64,000 nt of DNA, from assembly GCA_951406725.2 (NCBI GenBank), contig OX597823.1, positions 32,302,001-32,366,000 of the forward strand, given 5' to 3'. Positions 26,620 to 40,291 of this stretch are shown in pieces; position 1 is the first letter of the stretch; every line of letters begins with the position of its first letter. Source of the DNA: Octopus vulgaris. Taxonomy: Eukaryota. Made by a program: the position numbers and the translations under genes. The notes beneath the pieces are model-generated. The model did no database searches and was not told the origin of the DNA. It saw nothing but the letters and a program-made list of their open reading frames with translations.

Positions 26620-27374
26620 GTTGTGTGCATATGCTGATGGGTCTGTTTGCCTGTGTGGGAGAAGTGTGTGCAGCTATGTAAGCATATTATAGTTGTATGT
26701 GAATGTGCATGTGTGTATGTAGAGTTTTTTTGTAAGCTTGTTTGTGTGTGTATGTGTGCATGTTGATGGGTTTGTTTGCCTATGTGAGAGAAGCATGTAG
26801 TTGCGTGTGCATACAATATTTGTGCATGGATGCGCTTGCGTGTGATTGTGTGTCATATTAATTTCTATCAGACACCTCAGACAGATAAAAACTAGTGGAA
26901 CGGGGCAGTCTGTTGAATTGCTGCTGCTGCTTCAGTTGCTGCACCCTGCTGCACCCAACCAGGTCGCCTTGAACAGCATACTTGTGGAGAGAGAGAGGCA
27001 GTCAATCGAAGAGATGGACTGATAGTCAAATACAGAGATAGACAAACATAGGCTGTCCGATATACAATGACATTGAGGTAGGCAGGCAACAGCTAGGCAT
27101 CTCGACACATTATGTAATACACACACACATATATATACATATATATAGACATATATATACACACACACACATACCACACACACACATATATACATATATA
27201 TATAGACACACACACACACACATATATATATACATATATATATCATCATCATCATCATTTAACGTCCGTTTTCCATGCTAACATACACACACACATATAT
27301 ATACACACACATGAACGTGTGTATGTGTATGTCAGTGTGTCTGCTTCAATGTGTATGTATGCATATATGTATGC

Positions 27375-27478
<104 letters not shown>

Positions 27479-29336
27479 GTGCATATATGTATAATTGTGT
27501 TGGTGTTAGGTAAAGCATTATATAGTACAAGCCCTACACTTTAAAAAAAACAAAGATTCATATGTAGCAGTACTGCAAATATATTTAAGGTAGTGTGCCA
27601 AGGCATTTTAATTCACCCTTTAACTGAAATTAAATTTCATGTTTTTTCTAGTGTTAAATATCTACTAAAAAGCACAACTGGTATTTTCTGCATGTCAGAC
27701 TGACTCAATAAATTTGACATATCTCAACAAAGTATATCTCCAAAACATGACATTTTTCAGCAAAAGATAAATTGCTATATAAATTTGCTTCCTGCAGTGG
27801 CTATATCTGATTTTTGCAGTAAAAGGGTAGATTTCCATTCCACAAATAAAGTGGTATTAAAATTACCCTTAAGATTAGTTCTGGCCCAGAAAGACAAGGG
27901 GGATATCTGTAAAATTAAAATTTTAAAACAAAAACTATGGAATGCAATGGCGACTGAGTGTGATCTTTAACCAGTGATAGAAATGAGGGGCTGATGCTGG
28001 GAGAACAACATTTTGCTAGTCTTCAGTTATCTAGGAAGGGCTTATGGTACCCTTTCTTCCCAATCTCAGTATCACAGAAATTAGTGTACCCCTAGTTCAT
28101 AAAATCCATTTCCATTGCTGTCTTTAGCAGAATGGTGATAACTCTGGATGATGTTAAGATCTTATTAGGATTCCTCAACAATGTCTAGTGTTACAGGTAC
28201 TGTTCCCTCTAAGCTGTGTACATGTACATACATTTTGTAACCAATTCACAGAAAAAATTAATGTCTGCATAACAAAACACTGAATTACTATGTGCTCAAA
28301 AGGTTACTTCTTAACAATAATATGGAAATTTTAAAATGTTTCTGATTAAGGAACAAAACCAATTTTGAGGAGAGGGGATTACATCAATCTGCATTACTTG
28401 ACTGCTACTTCATTCTATTGATCCTGAAAGGAGGAAAGATAAAAATTGACCTTGGTGGAATTTGAACTCAGAACGTATAGTACATTCATTCTGACACTAC
28501 TACTCCTGTAATAAACTAATGATTATATCTCTCTTCTACAGCAAGACAGCTGATTCTGTTCCTCTATCATACTTTAGACTCTCTTCACATGGTGTAATGT
28601 CCCCTTCCTCAATACTACATCCTTCTCAGTTGAAGGGCCCTGTCTTGCAAGTTACTTGGTGACCTCACTAGAATGCACCCTGTACACTCAATGAAGTAGT
28701 TAGTATTAAGGAGAGCATCCAGCCATGGAAACTGTGCTGATGCAGTCCTTGAGCATATTGGCTCTTGTCAAGCCATCCAACCCATGCTACCATGGAAAAT
28801 GAACATTAAATGACGATGATGACTTTTATCACAAGATAAAATTTTATGAAATTTTCACAAAAGGATTTTGGACATGCTAACTCCTACAAGCGAGAGAGAA
28901 AATAGCTTAGTAATAATCAGAGCAAAAACATATAAAGTTGGAGTAAATGAACACAAAGGGATGTGACAACATAAAATGATAACTGGAGAGGAAGGGAGAG
29001 GGTAAAATACCCAGGGTTTTCTGCTAAAAGAAAGAAAAAGAAACAGGAGCAAAGTAGCGTAATGTCTTGCGCCTAGAAACTTTATAAACTTGATATGTGA
29101 TGGATTGTTTTGGTAAAACAATCAGTTATTGATATATGTCAGCTACCATATAAAGGAATGACAACACATCATTTTAATTTTAAAAATTTAGATGATTTAT
29201 CTTGTTACATATTTAATATTTTTGATTCTGTGATTCTATGTCACCTAATGCTTACAATTTAGTTCCATTTCATCAAAGGCAGGCAGAAACAAAGAAATAC
29301 ATCATCATCATCAATATCTGGATGATTAAGGAATCT

Positions 29337-29548
29337 TTTCTAGTCCAGGCACAAAAGCCTAAAATTTTGGGAGGGGTGGCAGTCGATTAGATTGACCCCA
29401 GTATGCAACTGGTACTTAATTTATCGACCCCGAAAGGATGATAGGCAAAGTCAACCTCGGCGGAATCTGAACTCAGAACATAAAAACAGACAAAATACTG
29501 CTAAACATTTCATCCGGCATGCTGATGTTTCTGCCAGCTTGCCGCCTT
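29337..29548 (-). mobile_element. SINE family B
   Basis: aggcacaaaagcctaaaatttt..gaccccagt..gaaaggatga.aggcaaagtc..gaactcagaac..ttctgccagcttgccgcc. Confidence 0.88.
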
Positions 29549-29957
29549 TGGAGGATTAAAGAATACAAAATAACAAATGTTAAGTTTTCTATCTTTTTGT
29601 ACTTTATCCTGAGTACTGTGCACATACTTCTAGCTGTCATTGCTGTCATTCTTTACATATAAGTTTGCTTTCTGCCCCCTCTTCTAGTACTTTCAGATGA
29701 GTTGTAGTGCATCTGAGCACTATATACAATAAGCTCATTATCATTTGAGTTGGTAGAATAATTAAAATGCCAAATAAAATGTAAAGTAGCATTTATTCCA
29801 GCCCTTTGCAATCAAAGTTCAAATTCGATGAAGATTATATCCTTCATCTTTTCAGGGTCAATAGAATAGGTACCAGTATTGATTGACCCCTACCCCATTC
29901 ACCCAAATTTCAGGCCTTGTGACTATGTCAGAAAGAAAAAGAAAAAAAATTATTATA

Positions 29958-30121
29958 GGCTCAGGAGTGGCTGTGTGGTAAGTAGCTTGCTTACCAACCA
30001 CATGGTTCCGAGTTCAGTCCCACTGTGTGGCACCTTGGGCAAGTGTCTTCTACTATAGCCTCAGGCCAACCAAAGCCTTGTGAGTGGATTTGGTAGATGG
30101 AAACTGAAAAGAAGCCCATTG

Positions 30122-30152
<31 letters not shown>

Positions 30153-30375
30153 GTATGTGTAAATGTTTGTGTATCTGTGTTTGTCACTCCATGTCATTTA
30201 ACAACCGATGCTGGTGTATTTACATACCCGTAACTTAGCAGTTTGGCAAAAAAGACCAATAGAATAAATACTAAGCTTACAAAGAATAAGTCCTGGGGTC
30301 GATTTGTTTGACTAAAGGCAGTGCTCCAGCATGGCCACAGTCAAATGACTGAAACAAGTAAAAGAATAAAAGAGT
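29958..30375 (+). mobile_element. Full-length tRNA-derived CORE-like SINE, family A
   Basis: A box TGGCTGTGTGG, B box GTTCAGTCCC, CORE-like GGCACCTTGGGCAAGTGTCTT, internal microsatellite, A-rich tail. Confidence 0.92.
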
Positions 30376-31186
30376 AAAGAGTATAAGTATCCAATGAAAC
30401 AACCAAATGTATTGTTAGCTGACAGCTCAATTGAAACACTATGTATTACACAAGTCTAGTCATCTGAGAATTTCAGTTATTTCATTAAATAGGGAGATCT
30501 CAAACATAATAGCCAATAATACATTTCTAAATCTCTCAGAGAGATTTATGCTGTAGCAGCATGATAAAGGGATAGTATGTTGTCAACTTAATGTGACAGT
30601 CTTGTAGCAAGTCATATTAGCACTACTTTGTGATGGTAGCTTAATTTAGTTGTTTTACCTAAACTAACTAATCACTGCTGGCTGTGGAAGGATACACGCA
30701 GCCCAGGCAGTGAAGTGCAAGTTTTAAAAAGACAGGCCAATAGTTGAGTATACTGGACATGGTAAGCAGGTTAGATGAGCTTTGACCTGACAGGACTTTG
30801 ATCAGAAATTAGCACTCATCGATGGAAGGACTTCTACCTTAATGCACTGATTTTTTTTTTCAACTCATGAGAACATACTAAGGAATGAACATTTGTTTAC
30901 TGCTTCCGATTGACGGGGAGGTTGATATCTACAATACACAGATTGAACAATTACTAATGAATGAACTCTTGATTCCTTCCTGATTATTGGGAAGGCTTAC
31001 CTGCAAAGCTCCAGTAATATCTTGATTACACCAGAATAAGTTCTCAGGTTTGTTAACCAAAAGGGAACATTGTCTCCTGGTATTTTATTGTGCCTTTTAT
31101 GCAAAAATATATTTAAATGTTACAAGCCTTCTGACATGCACTCATTCAAATAGGTACCCCACATTAACCAGCATCTCCTTTGCTAT

Positions 31187-31571
31187 AGTCCCATGAAAGG
31201 GAAGAATGCTACTGTTATTTAGCCCTAGGAAACACCATTTCCTGTTGGACTTGACACATTTCCTGTTGGGCTTGACACATTTCCTGTGTCTTTATGTTTT
31301 CAAAGGGGAGATAAGCACATCCACTCAGCAAAGCCAGCATCCAGAGACTAGTTTCAAAGGCGGATAGAGGCATCAACAGCTAGCAAGTCATGCTACTCCA
31401 GACTGATGATGAGCAATGACTCTGAAACTAGTCTCTGAATGCTGGCTTTGCTGGGTGGAGGTGCTTGTCTCCACTTTGAAAACATAAGGACACAGGAAAT
31501 ATGTGAAGGCCAACAGGAAACGGTGTTTCCTAGGGCTAAATAACGGTAGTACTCTTCCCATTCATGGGACT
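31187..31571. repeat. Fold-back element (~150-170-bp arms) with a hammerhead motif at 31397-31438
   Basis: Arms 31187-31357 and 31421-31571; CAGA-CTGATGA-TGAG-caatga-CTCT-GAAA-CTAG-TC-TCTG. Confidence 0.85.
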
Positions 31572-32149
31572 GTCACATTAAGTTGACAACATACTATCAC
31601 TTTATAACAACAGCCACTGTTCATACAGTTTCTCTGAAGATTTCTCTACCATGTCCAAAGTCATCTATTTTCATTTATCATCACTATCATCATCATTGTT
31701 ACATAATTAATGTAAAAAGAGACAACACAAACTTAGATTTTCTAATTACATATGAGATTGGAGTCCTGTATGTCTGAGGTGGGAGAAGTCCTGTGGCCTT
31801 TGGGATACATAAATGAAGCCTTGATTCTACATTAGAAATACATTTTCATTGATTACATAATATTATATCTATTTTAATATTCTTAAATTCTTACAAAAAT
31901 ATCGTTAACAACAGGTTTACATTTTTATTTCTTCCCTTAGTTTTCACAATTACATTATCATAATAAATGACATTACATTTTGGAGTATATTTAATAAATG
32001 TTCTTTATTACAGTCATATTAAATGTGTCCATCAAATATAAATAGGGTTCTGCTTCTTCTCTATATGTTTGCTTGACCTGCTGGAAATAGCAGCCACAAA
32101 TCCCACAATACTATATTAAAGATGAAAAGGACACAAAAGATATTCTTTT

Positions 32150-32577
32150 CTACTCAAGGCACAAGGCCCAAAATTTTGAGGGAGGGAGGCTAGTCAATTA
32201 GATTGATCCCAGTGCATAACTGGAATTTAATTTATCGACCCCTGAAAGGATGAAAGGCAAAGTGGACCTCGGTAGAATTTGAACTCAGAACATAAAGACA
32301 GATGAAATACCACTAAGCATTTCACCCAGTGTGCTAATGTTTCTTATTTCTTTATTGCCCACAAGGGGCTAAACATAGAGGGAACAAACAAGCACAAAGA
32401 AAAGGATTAAATCGATTTCATCAACCCCAGTGGGTAACTGGTACTTAATTTATCAACCCCGAAAGGATGAAAGGCAAAGTCGACCTCAGTGGATTTGAAC
32501 TCAGAACATAACGATAGACGAAATACCACTAAGCATTTCACCCGGTGTGCTAACATTTCTGCCAGCTTGCCGCCTTA
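32150..32577 (-). mobile_element. Dimeric SINE family B
   Basis: Two tandem cores; same dimeric layout as 54128-54525. Confidence 0.88.
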
Positions 32578-32724
32578 GGACACATAAGATATTAGTATGG
32601 CTATGAGGTTAAGAACTTACTGCACAATTGTGTGAGATTAAAGGTTCAACTTGGGTAAGTATCTTCTACTATAGCCCTGGTTTGAGTAATGCAGTGTAAG
32701 GGAAGTTGGTAGATTGAAATTGCA

Positions 32725-32808
32725 GATGAAAGCTGGAGGGTATATCAGCCAAAACGTGTGAACAAACAAGATGAGGACAAATATCTGTTAAATGTAAATA
32801 ATGAACAT
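32725..32808 (+). mobile_element. 5'-truncated tail of the hammerhead SINE
   Basis: gatgaaagctggagggtatatcagccaaaacgtgtg..gatgaggacaaatatc.gttaaatgtaaataatg. Confidence 0.8.
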
Positions 32809-33812
32809 GAATGTACGTTGATGTTTATTCCATGCATATTCCATGCTCATTGGAATATTCCATGTATATTCCATGCTCATCAACACTAAAACCACGTGAT
32901 ACTAATGTTGACATCCTTTGTTGACATTTATAACTGGCCGCTTTGCACTTTCAGAGAGCTGTGGGATAAAGATATCTCTTAAAACCAGGAAGGGTTGACA
33001 ACAGGAAGTGCATCCAACTGTACAATCCTGCTTTAAACAATAGTCCATCCAAACTCATAGTAACAGAAAAAAAAAACATTAAATGAATAGCTGTACATTT
33101 TTATTATTGTACATTTTATGTTATATGAAATAAGGAGTCTTTTTCACTCAAGGTCTTGGATTTGAATAACATCATTGAAATGAAAAGTGTTGAAGACTTC
33201 ACTGAAAATTAATAGCTAATGGAATAATTTATAAAAAAAAACAAATAGTAATTGAATTTCAATGATTAATATTGATTGAAAAGTGAAATATAACTTCTAC
33301 TGAATAAAAAAAGTGTTTGTCATTAGAACAAATGTGCTTGTTGAGAGATTGTTGCCAAATATAAAGAAAGGAAACAAAACTTGTTATTTAATGATAACAA
33401 TGATGGTGATGGTGGTGATTTATTTTATATATTGTTACTGTAAACCATTAGTAGTTAATAAAGGATGATGATGATAATGATGACTATGATAAAGAGAATG
33501 GTAATATTGAATGTTGAGATTTTCAGATTTGCACTCAATGAATTGCAGGTTATTGTGCCTTCCTTTGAGAAATTAATGAAGGGTTTGGTTGTAAATTATA
33601 TCAGTTTGCTTGAATGTATTATTATTAAAAAAAAAAAAAGTAAAAAAGGAAAAGTCTGCACAGAAAGTTAAATCTTTTAGTTATAATAGGAGAAAATGTA
33701 TACACATTTTGCATGTGTGTGTGTGTGTGTGCATGCACATGTGTGTGTGTGTGTGCATGCACATGTGTGTGTGTGTGTGCATGCACATGTGTGTGTGTGT
33801 GTGTGTGCATGC

Positions 33813-33850
<38 letters not shown>

Positions 33851-34089
33851 ATGTGTCAGGGAAGGGCCAAATAACTGATGTGTCAAAGAAACATGCCTTA
33901 AGATATTCAGTCTGCCAAGTTACATCCCTATTTAATCTATTTAATGGGATCAATAAAATTGATTAAAATTCTTGAAAGATGTGCCCCAGCATAGCCATAT
34001 ACAAATGACTGAGACCAGTACAAATACAATAGTATGATATACAGAAATAAATATAATTTATTTTTAATCTGACTCAATTTCATTAATGC

Positions 34090-34350
34090 AGTCAATAGTT
34101 TGATGTATTGTGACCAATGAAATATATCAGTCAGTGAATGTCCAGCCTTATTGATATATTGTCCAGTGGTATAAATCAATGTCCAGGCTTTATGATCCTT
34201 TGTGTCCAGAGGTATATACCAGAAAATGACAAACCTTATTGAGTGTTTATGTCCAGTGCTATATATCAGTTAGCGCTCAGGTGTATTGATCAATTGTATC
34301 CAGAGGTATAGATCAGAAAACGATGAACCTTATTGATCAATTATATCCAA
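34090..34350. repeat. ~46-bp diverged minisatellite
   Basis: Periodic tattgat..ttgt.tccag.ggtata.atca. Confidence 0.7.
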
Positions 34351-35310
34351 AAGAAATAGCACCTGCTCTGGATTAACAGATGAACTGAGCTGTATAAAGT
34401 GAAGTCTACTCTTTAGAGACAAAACCGGATCCTCCAGGATCTTAAGTGATGAATTACAATACAAAATAAGTTAAGTAAAATGACTAAACTGAAGTCTAGA
34501 TCTTGAACATGATGTAGCAAAAGAGCCTCCCACCACTAGCTTAACTTCACTAGAACCACATCAATGACCATGTAAAATATAAGAGGCTTTCCTGCTTGCA
34601 CATCACACTCAACCACTCCAAGACTTTAATCACTATTTTACAACATTCACAAAAATTCCTTATTTGCAGTTACATAATAAATAAACAAATATTTCAACTC
34701 CAGATTTTTTTTCCCTAAAATTCTATTCTATTTCCTGATATTTTATTTCATTCCCTGCAATCAGTTAGAATACACAAAAAATAAATTATGTCTGTTTCAA
34801 TGAACTTTTAAGATGCATTAAAAGCTTCATTTAATTTGTGGATAATGAAAGCATTTTTTTTTCATTCCATTTTATATTGTCAAGTCTTTAGTGAAAGAAT
34901 GGTTGACCTTTCAGATTCTTCTATACAGTGACAACAATTAAGTTGTACAATTATAACTAACCTCATATGAAGTAATCAGTACTGCTTCAATGGTTCACCA
35001 TCATCTTCTGTAGTCTGCTGGCCTCTACACATGTTTCCATGAACTGCACACAACTGGCAATTAATACAATGTGTGTGTGCACGCATGTGTGTGTATGTGT
35101 GTGCACACGTATGCGTGTGCATGTGAGTACATGTTTAAATCTAAATTTGTGCAAGAGCATATCTATGTAAGAGTGTACTTCAGTATTTATTTTGTTGTAT
35201 AGGTTCACGTAGATGTGTTTGTGTGTGTTAGTGAATGTATTTCTGTTTAAGTAGCTCTATGCTCTATGTATGTGAATCAGAGTATGTATAAATCTGTATT
35301 TGTGTGAAAG

Positions 35311-35540
35311 TGTCAAATTAGTGTATAATTATAGCAGTTTTTTTTTGCAATAAATTTTATTCAACAAAAAATTTTAACAAAACACCAGTTTAAACAAAAC
35401 GTCAAGTAGAAATAGAAGTAGATGGTGAATATGCTCCGGAATAATCATTAAAAGATGTTTTTGTTAAATGTTGTTATTGTTTTTGTTGAATAAAATTTAT
35501 TGAAAAAAAAAAGCCACAATAATTATGCACCAACCTAATA
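35311..35540. mobile_element. mariner-type MITE (MADE-like)
   Basis: The right end reads TATTAGGTTGGTGCATAATT on the minus strand, like Hsmar1-type TIRs. The left copy is degenerate and the arms are inverted. Confidence 0.7.
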
Positions 35541-35770
35541 TGTATATGTGAGAGTGTTTGCCAGCATTTGTTAAGAGGGTGTAATGGAACCTCTGTCTAT
35601 ATAACTGTGATCTTGTGTATAATACTCACATCTATGTGTGCATACATGCACTTGTACACATCTGTGTGCATACCATTTAATACAGTATTTGCAATGACAG
35701 AAAAAGCTGTGCAAAGACAATAAAATAATAATAATAATCTAGTGCTTTGTCACTTGTGCGTGCATCTCCA

Positions 35771-36210
35771 GCTATTGCAATACCTGGATATGCACACTTA
35801 AGAGACAAAGAACTAGAAAAGATTGAAAAGAACAGACTACTAAAAGACAAAATTGCAAGAACGTTGACCATGAGGAGAGAATCTGTCATTCCAGTAGTTG
35901 TAGGTGCACTTGGAGCACTAACAACCAAGTTTGAGAAATATGTCAGAGAAATCGGAATTGATACAAGAGTAGAACAAGCCAAAGAAACTGCTGGGGACAG
36001 CTAGGATTTCAGGATTGGCACTCGGATGTTGAATGTCTCCCACAATAACGGCCAAGAATCAAAGCTTATAATGTGTGGAAAGAGACTCTGTGAGACCTCT
36101 GACAGTAGCTGCTGTCCACTCTCACAGAATCTAGCAGAATAAACAGGACCGAACGTTCTGAGAAGTAAAGCAATACTACTACTACTACTACTAATAATAA
36201 TAATAATAAT
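35771..36210 (+). pseudogene. 3' end of an RLE-type non-LTR retrotransposon (R4/Dong-like)
   Basis: IAIPG..LRDKELEKIEK..LK.KIAR..VIPVVVGALG is the restriction-like endonuclease C-terminus; flanked by (TAA)n. Confidence 0.8.
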
Positions 36211-36229
36211 CCCTATTATAGGTATAAGA

Positions 36230-36410
36230 CCAACCATTTTTAGGGGACGGGGTTAGTTGATTACATCAGTCCAAGTTCTTGAGTGGTACCTGTTTAATTG
36301 ACCCTGAAAGGATGAAAGGCAAAGTCAACCTCACTGGAATTTGAACTCAGAACATGAACTCCGCTTAGCACTTTGTTCAATGTGCTAACGATTTTGTCAG
36401 CTCACCACCT
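36230..36410 (-). mobile_element. SINE family B
   Basis: gaccctgaaaggatgaaaggcaaagtcaacctc..ggaatttgaactcagaac. Confidence 0.8.
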
Positions 36411-37192
36411 TGTTGTTGTTGTTGTTGTTTATGATGATGATGATGATGATGATGATGACAACGACGACGACAACAACGACGATGACGATGAGTTCTTTTA
36501 TTAGCCTGTTGTTTTGAACCAAAGACCAGAGAATCAAAGCTGGCATCTCTTTGGTCATAACTGCCAAATTACAAGTAATAAAAAGTGAAAAAGCAATAAA
36601 TACTAATGATAACAGAATATTCAGATCAGAATTTTAGAGGGAAAATGTACTGATGGCTTATTTGATTGGTACTCTGTTTTATCAATGGATTTTATTGATT
36701 AAGTGATTGGTTGATGAATTCATTTAGTGATTGATTAAACTAACTCACTGATTGATTGATTCACTGCTGGATTGATTGATTGATTGATTGATTGTCAGGT
36801 TACCTTAATAACTGATTAAGAAGTTGACTAACTGAATGAATAATTAAATGTTTGAGTGACTGATAATACAGTAGGAATCTTTGAACAGCATAGCAGTTAA
36901 AACTTTCTTCTGCAATAGAGTAGCTCCTTCATGAATTAGATAGCCGCCATATTAGAAAATACCTGATGCCTTACTCGTCATTATATGACTAACACGTTAC
37001 CACTGTTTTTTTTTTATCAGATGGATGATCTCACATACACATATACATACACATACATACACTTACATAAACCTAACCCATGTGCACAGAGAGACATACA
37101 CAACTACTGCATACAAAAATGTGTATAAACACATAGATAAACATGCATAAACACATGCATGTTCACAGATACATATGCACACACATACATAC

Positions 37193-37264
<72 letters not shown>

Positions 37265-37975
37265 TGCGAAAGAGAGATAGATAGATGGATAGATTGAGAA
37301 AGAGAGATAGATAGATAGATAGATAGATAGATTGAGAAAGAGAGAGAGACAGAGAAGTAGATAGATAGATAGATACTTATACATACGCACACTTATATAT
37401 ACCCATGCTAGCATGGAAAGCAGACGTTAAACGATGATGATGATGACGATGTGTGTATGCATATGTATGAGTGTGAGAATATGTATGTATGTATATATGT
37501 ATGTATGTATAAGCCAGTATACATGTCAACAAGTACGCATCTACTTTCACACGCTTATAAACGCATCTACCCGTGCATGTACACGCATTTGCATCCATCC
37601 ATCCATTCAACCAAACATACATACATACATACATATAGAAACACATTTGCCCTCAAACATGAATATACTGACAGAGACAGCAAGGGATTTAATACACACT
37701 CTCACATATACACACGCACCCAGCAGGAGCAGCACCATGTACACTCATATATATATACATATACTCTAGCAGTGGCATACATACATATGGATCAGGTGCA
37801 GACGAGTGGCATGTATACTCACGTGTGTACCCACACACGCACGCACGCACTCATGCACACACACAAATACACACACACTCACTCACTGTAAATGACTTCT
37901 GCTCAATGAACTAGAATAAATTTAAAAGAGGGAGGAGAGAAAGAGGTAGAGAAAGTCAAAGGGAATGTAGGTAGG

Positions 37976-38058
<83 letters not shown>

Positions 38059-38327
38059 GGAGGGAGAGAGAGAGAGAAACAGAGGGGAGAAAGAGAGAAA
38101 GACAGGGAAAGAGAGGGAAAGAAAGCAGTGAAGAAAGAGAAAGACGGATAGGTGAGAAGGAGAGAACGATAAATAAGAGACAGAGGTAGGGATAGAGAGG
38201 GAGACAGACAGAAAAAAAAAGGGAAGGAACAAAAACAGAGTCGGGGAAAGAGAGAGAAAGAGAGAAGGAAAGAATGAGAAAGACAGAGGACAGAGAGAGA
38301 GAGTGGGGGGTCTCTTGAGAGGAATAC

Positions 38328-38428
38328 CTCGTTAATGTGATGTAGCCAGTCTGCTTGTCTGCAAGTGGCAAGTCAAGATATTTCATACTGATATTGCCCT
38401 CCAAGAAACGGTGAATAATCTCCAAATT
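38328..38428 (-). other. Candidate 101-bp host exon
   Basis: Minus strand gttttatttAG|...GAG|GTattc; one open frame, NLEIIHRFLEGNISMKYLDLPLADKQTGYITLTR; unique sequence between simple repeats. Confidence 0.3.
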
Positions 38429-39009
38429 CTAAATAAAACGACTCCTGCTAGATTCACAGAACTATTTTGATCAATACTATTCAGTACAGCCTTGTAAGAA
38501 AAGAGGGTTTAAGCTATTTGTAATGGCAAGTGGAGAGTGGGTGTCAGGTTTATTTCTTTTCTCCATACATCTGCACAGATATCGTCTGCTTTTGGAATCT
38601 ATTTGCATATAACGTTCTTCCTCCTCCTCCCTTCCTCCTCTCTTTGCACATACATACGAACATACATAAATACACACACACACACACTCACACACATATA
38701 TATAAATATAATATATATGTACATACATATTCGGTGGTGCTCCTCCAGCATGACCGCAGCCGCATGGCTAAAACAAATTATAGAATGCATACATACAGAG
38801 ACACAAGTTTGGTAGTGTGGTTAAGAAGTTCTCTTAACAACCACGTGATTTCAAGTTCAGTTCCACTGAGTGACACCTTGAGCTAGTGTCTTTAATGATA
38901 AACAGACATTGACTAATGCTTTGTGAATGAACGTGAAAGAGTGTGTGTGCGTGCGCGCATGCGTGTGTGTGTGTGCGCGTATATATATATATAATTATTG
39001 TGTAAATGT

Positions 39010-39110
39010 AATGTGACAATTATTCGGTAGCCATGATAAAACTCCGAGTTTCCACCCCGACATCCGAAACTCGGAGTTTTATCATGGCTATCGAATAATT
39101 ATCACATTTA
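39010..39110. repeat. Short fold-back (~43-bp arms, 13-nt loop)
   Basis: aattattcggtagccatgataaaactccgagtttc / gaaactcggagttttatcatggctatcgaataatt. Confidence 0.9.
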
Positions 39111-39178
39111 CAGATAAATTCCTCTATTTACATAATATCAAGGTCTCTTTCATTCTTTTGTTGTCTTACCATTTCTAT

Positions 39179-39229
<51 letters not shown>

Positions 39230-39290
39230 CATACATACCGGAGTAAGCACATAAATACGAAACAAGGTGGAAAAAAGAGTACTGAAATAT

Positions 39291-39450
39291 GCTTTTTAAA
39301 AAGCAGCAGAAATATCACAAAAACTGTTACTCAGAGTTTCGCGTTCCCGTTAGTCAGACAGTTTTGTTTAAAAAAACTATCCGACGAATGGGAATGTGAA
39401 ACTCTGAGTAACAGTTTTTGTGATATTTCTGCTGACTTTTTAATAAAGCT
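39291..39450. repeat. Fold-back element with a hammerhead motif in each arm (39320-39365 minus, 39373-39418 plus)
   Basis: Consensus of the two arms is AAAACTGT-CTGACGA-ACG-ggaa-CGT-GAAA-CTCTGAG-TA-ACAGTTTT. Confidence 0.85.
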
Positions 39451-39518
<68 letters not shown>

Positions 39519-39648
39519 AAAGTTTAAAAAAAAAAATACCCAAACTGTGACAAGAACGTGAAACATTTAGAAGACGACAAAAAACACGGACGGGACTTTC
39601 GAAGCTCTCAGTCATCAGTCAAGAACCAGATCATCTTCGCAATTTCGG

Positions 39649-39716
<68 letters not shown>

Positions 39717-39778
39717 CGTATGTATGTATGTATGTATGTATGTATGTATGTATGTATGTATGTATGTATGTATGTATG

Positions 39779-39810
<32 letters not shown>

Positions 39811-40291
39811 AACGTGTGTGTGTGTACTTCTTTGTGTTTGTTGTTCCACCGCTTAACAATGGTGCTGGCTTGTTTACAAAGCCGTTACTTAACGGTTTGA
39901 CAAAAAGAGACTGATAAGATAAATATCAGATTTCAAAACAAGTACTGAATCAGTTTGTTTCGAATTAATATTTGAAGACGGTGTCCCAGCATTATCGCAG
40001 TCCAAACATTGAGGCTAATAAAACGATAAAATAATATATACCTGAGTGCACACAAATGGAGAATTCTGAATATTACAGTTTTGAAGCATACAGAAGTGAC
40101 ATTTTGGAACACTACAATGGTTTAGATCATAGGTTCTCAGTGTGCGGGGGAACGGTAGAGAAAAAGGTGTTGTCGGGAAGGCAGTGAATTGTGGGGACGC
40201 TATGAATTTAATATATTATTATAGTATTTTATACAAATTATGGGATCTTTTCACTTTGACAAGCAGATTTTTAAAATAATTTCTTTGTAAC

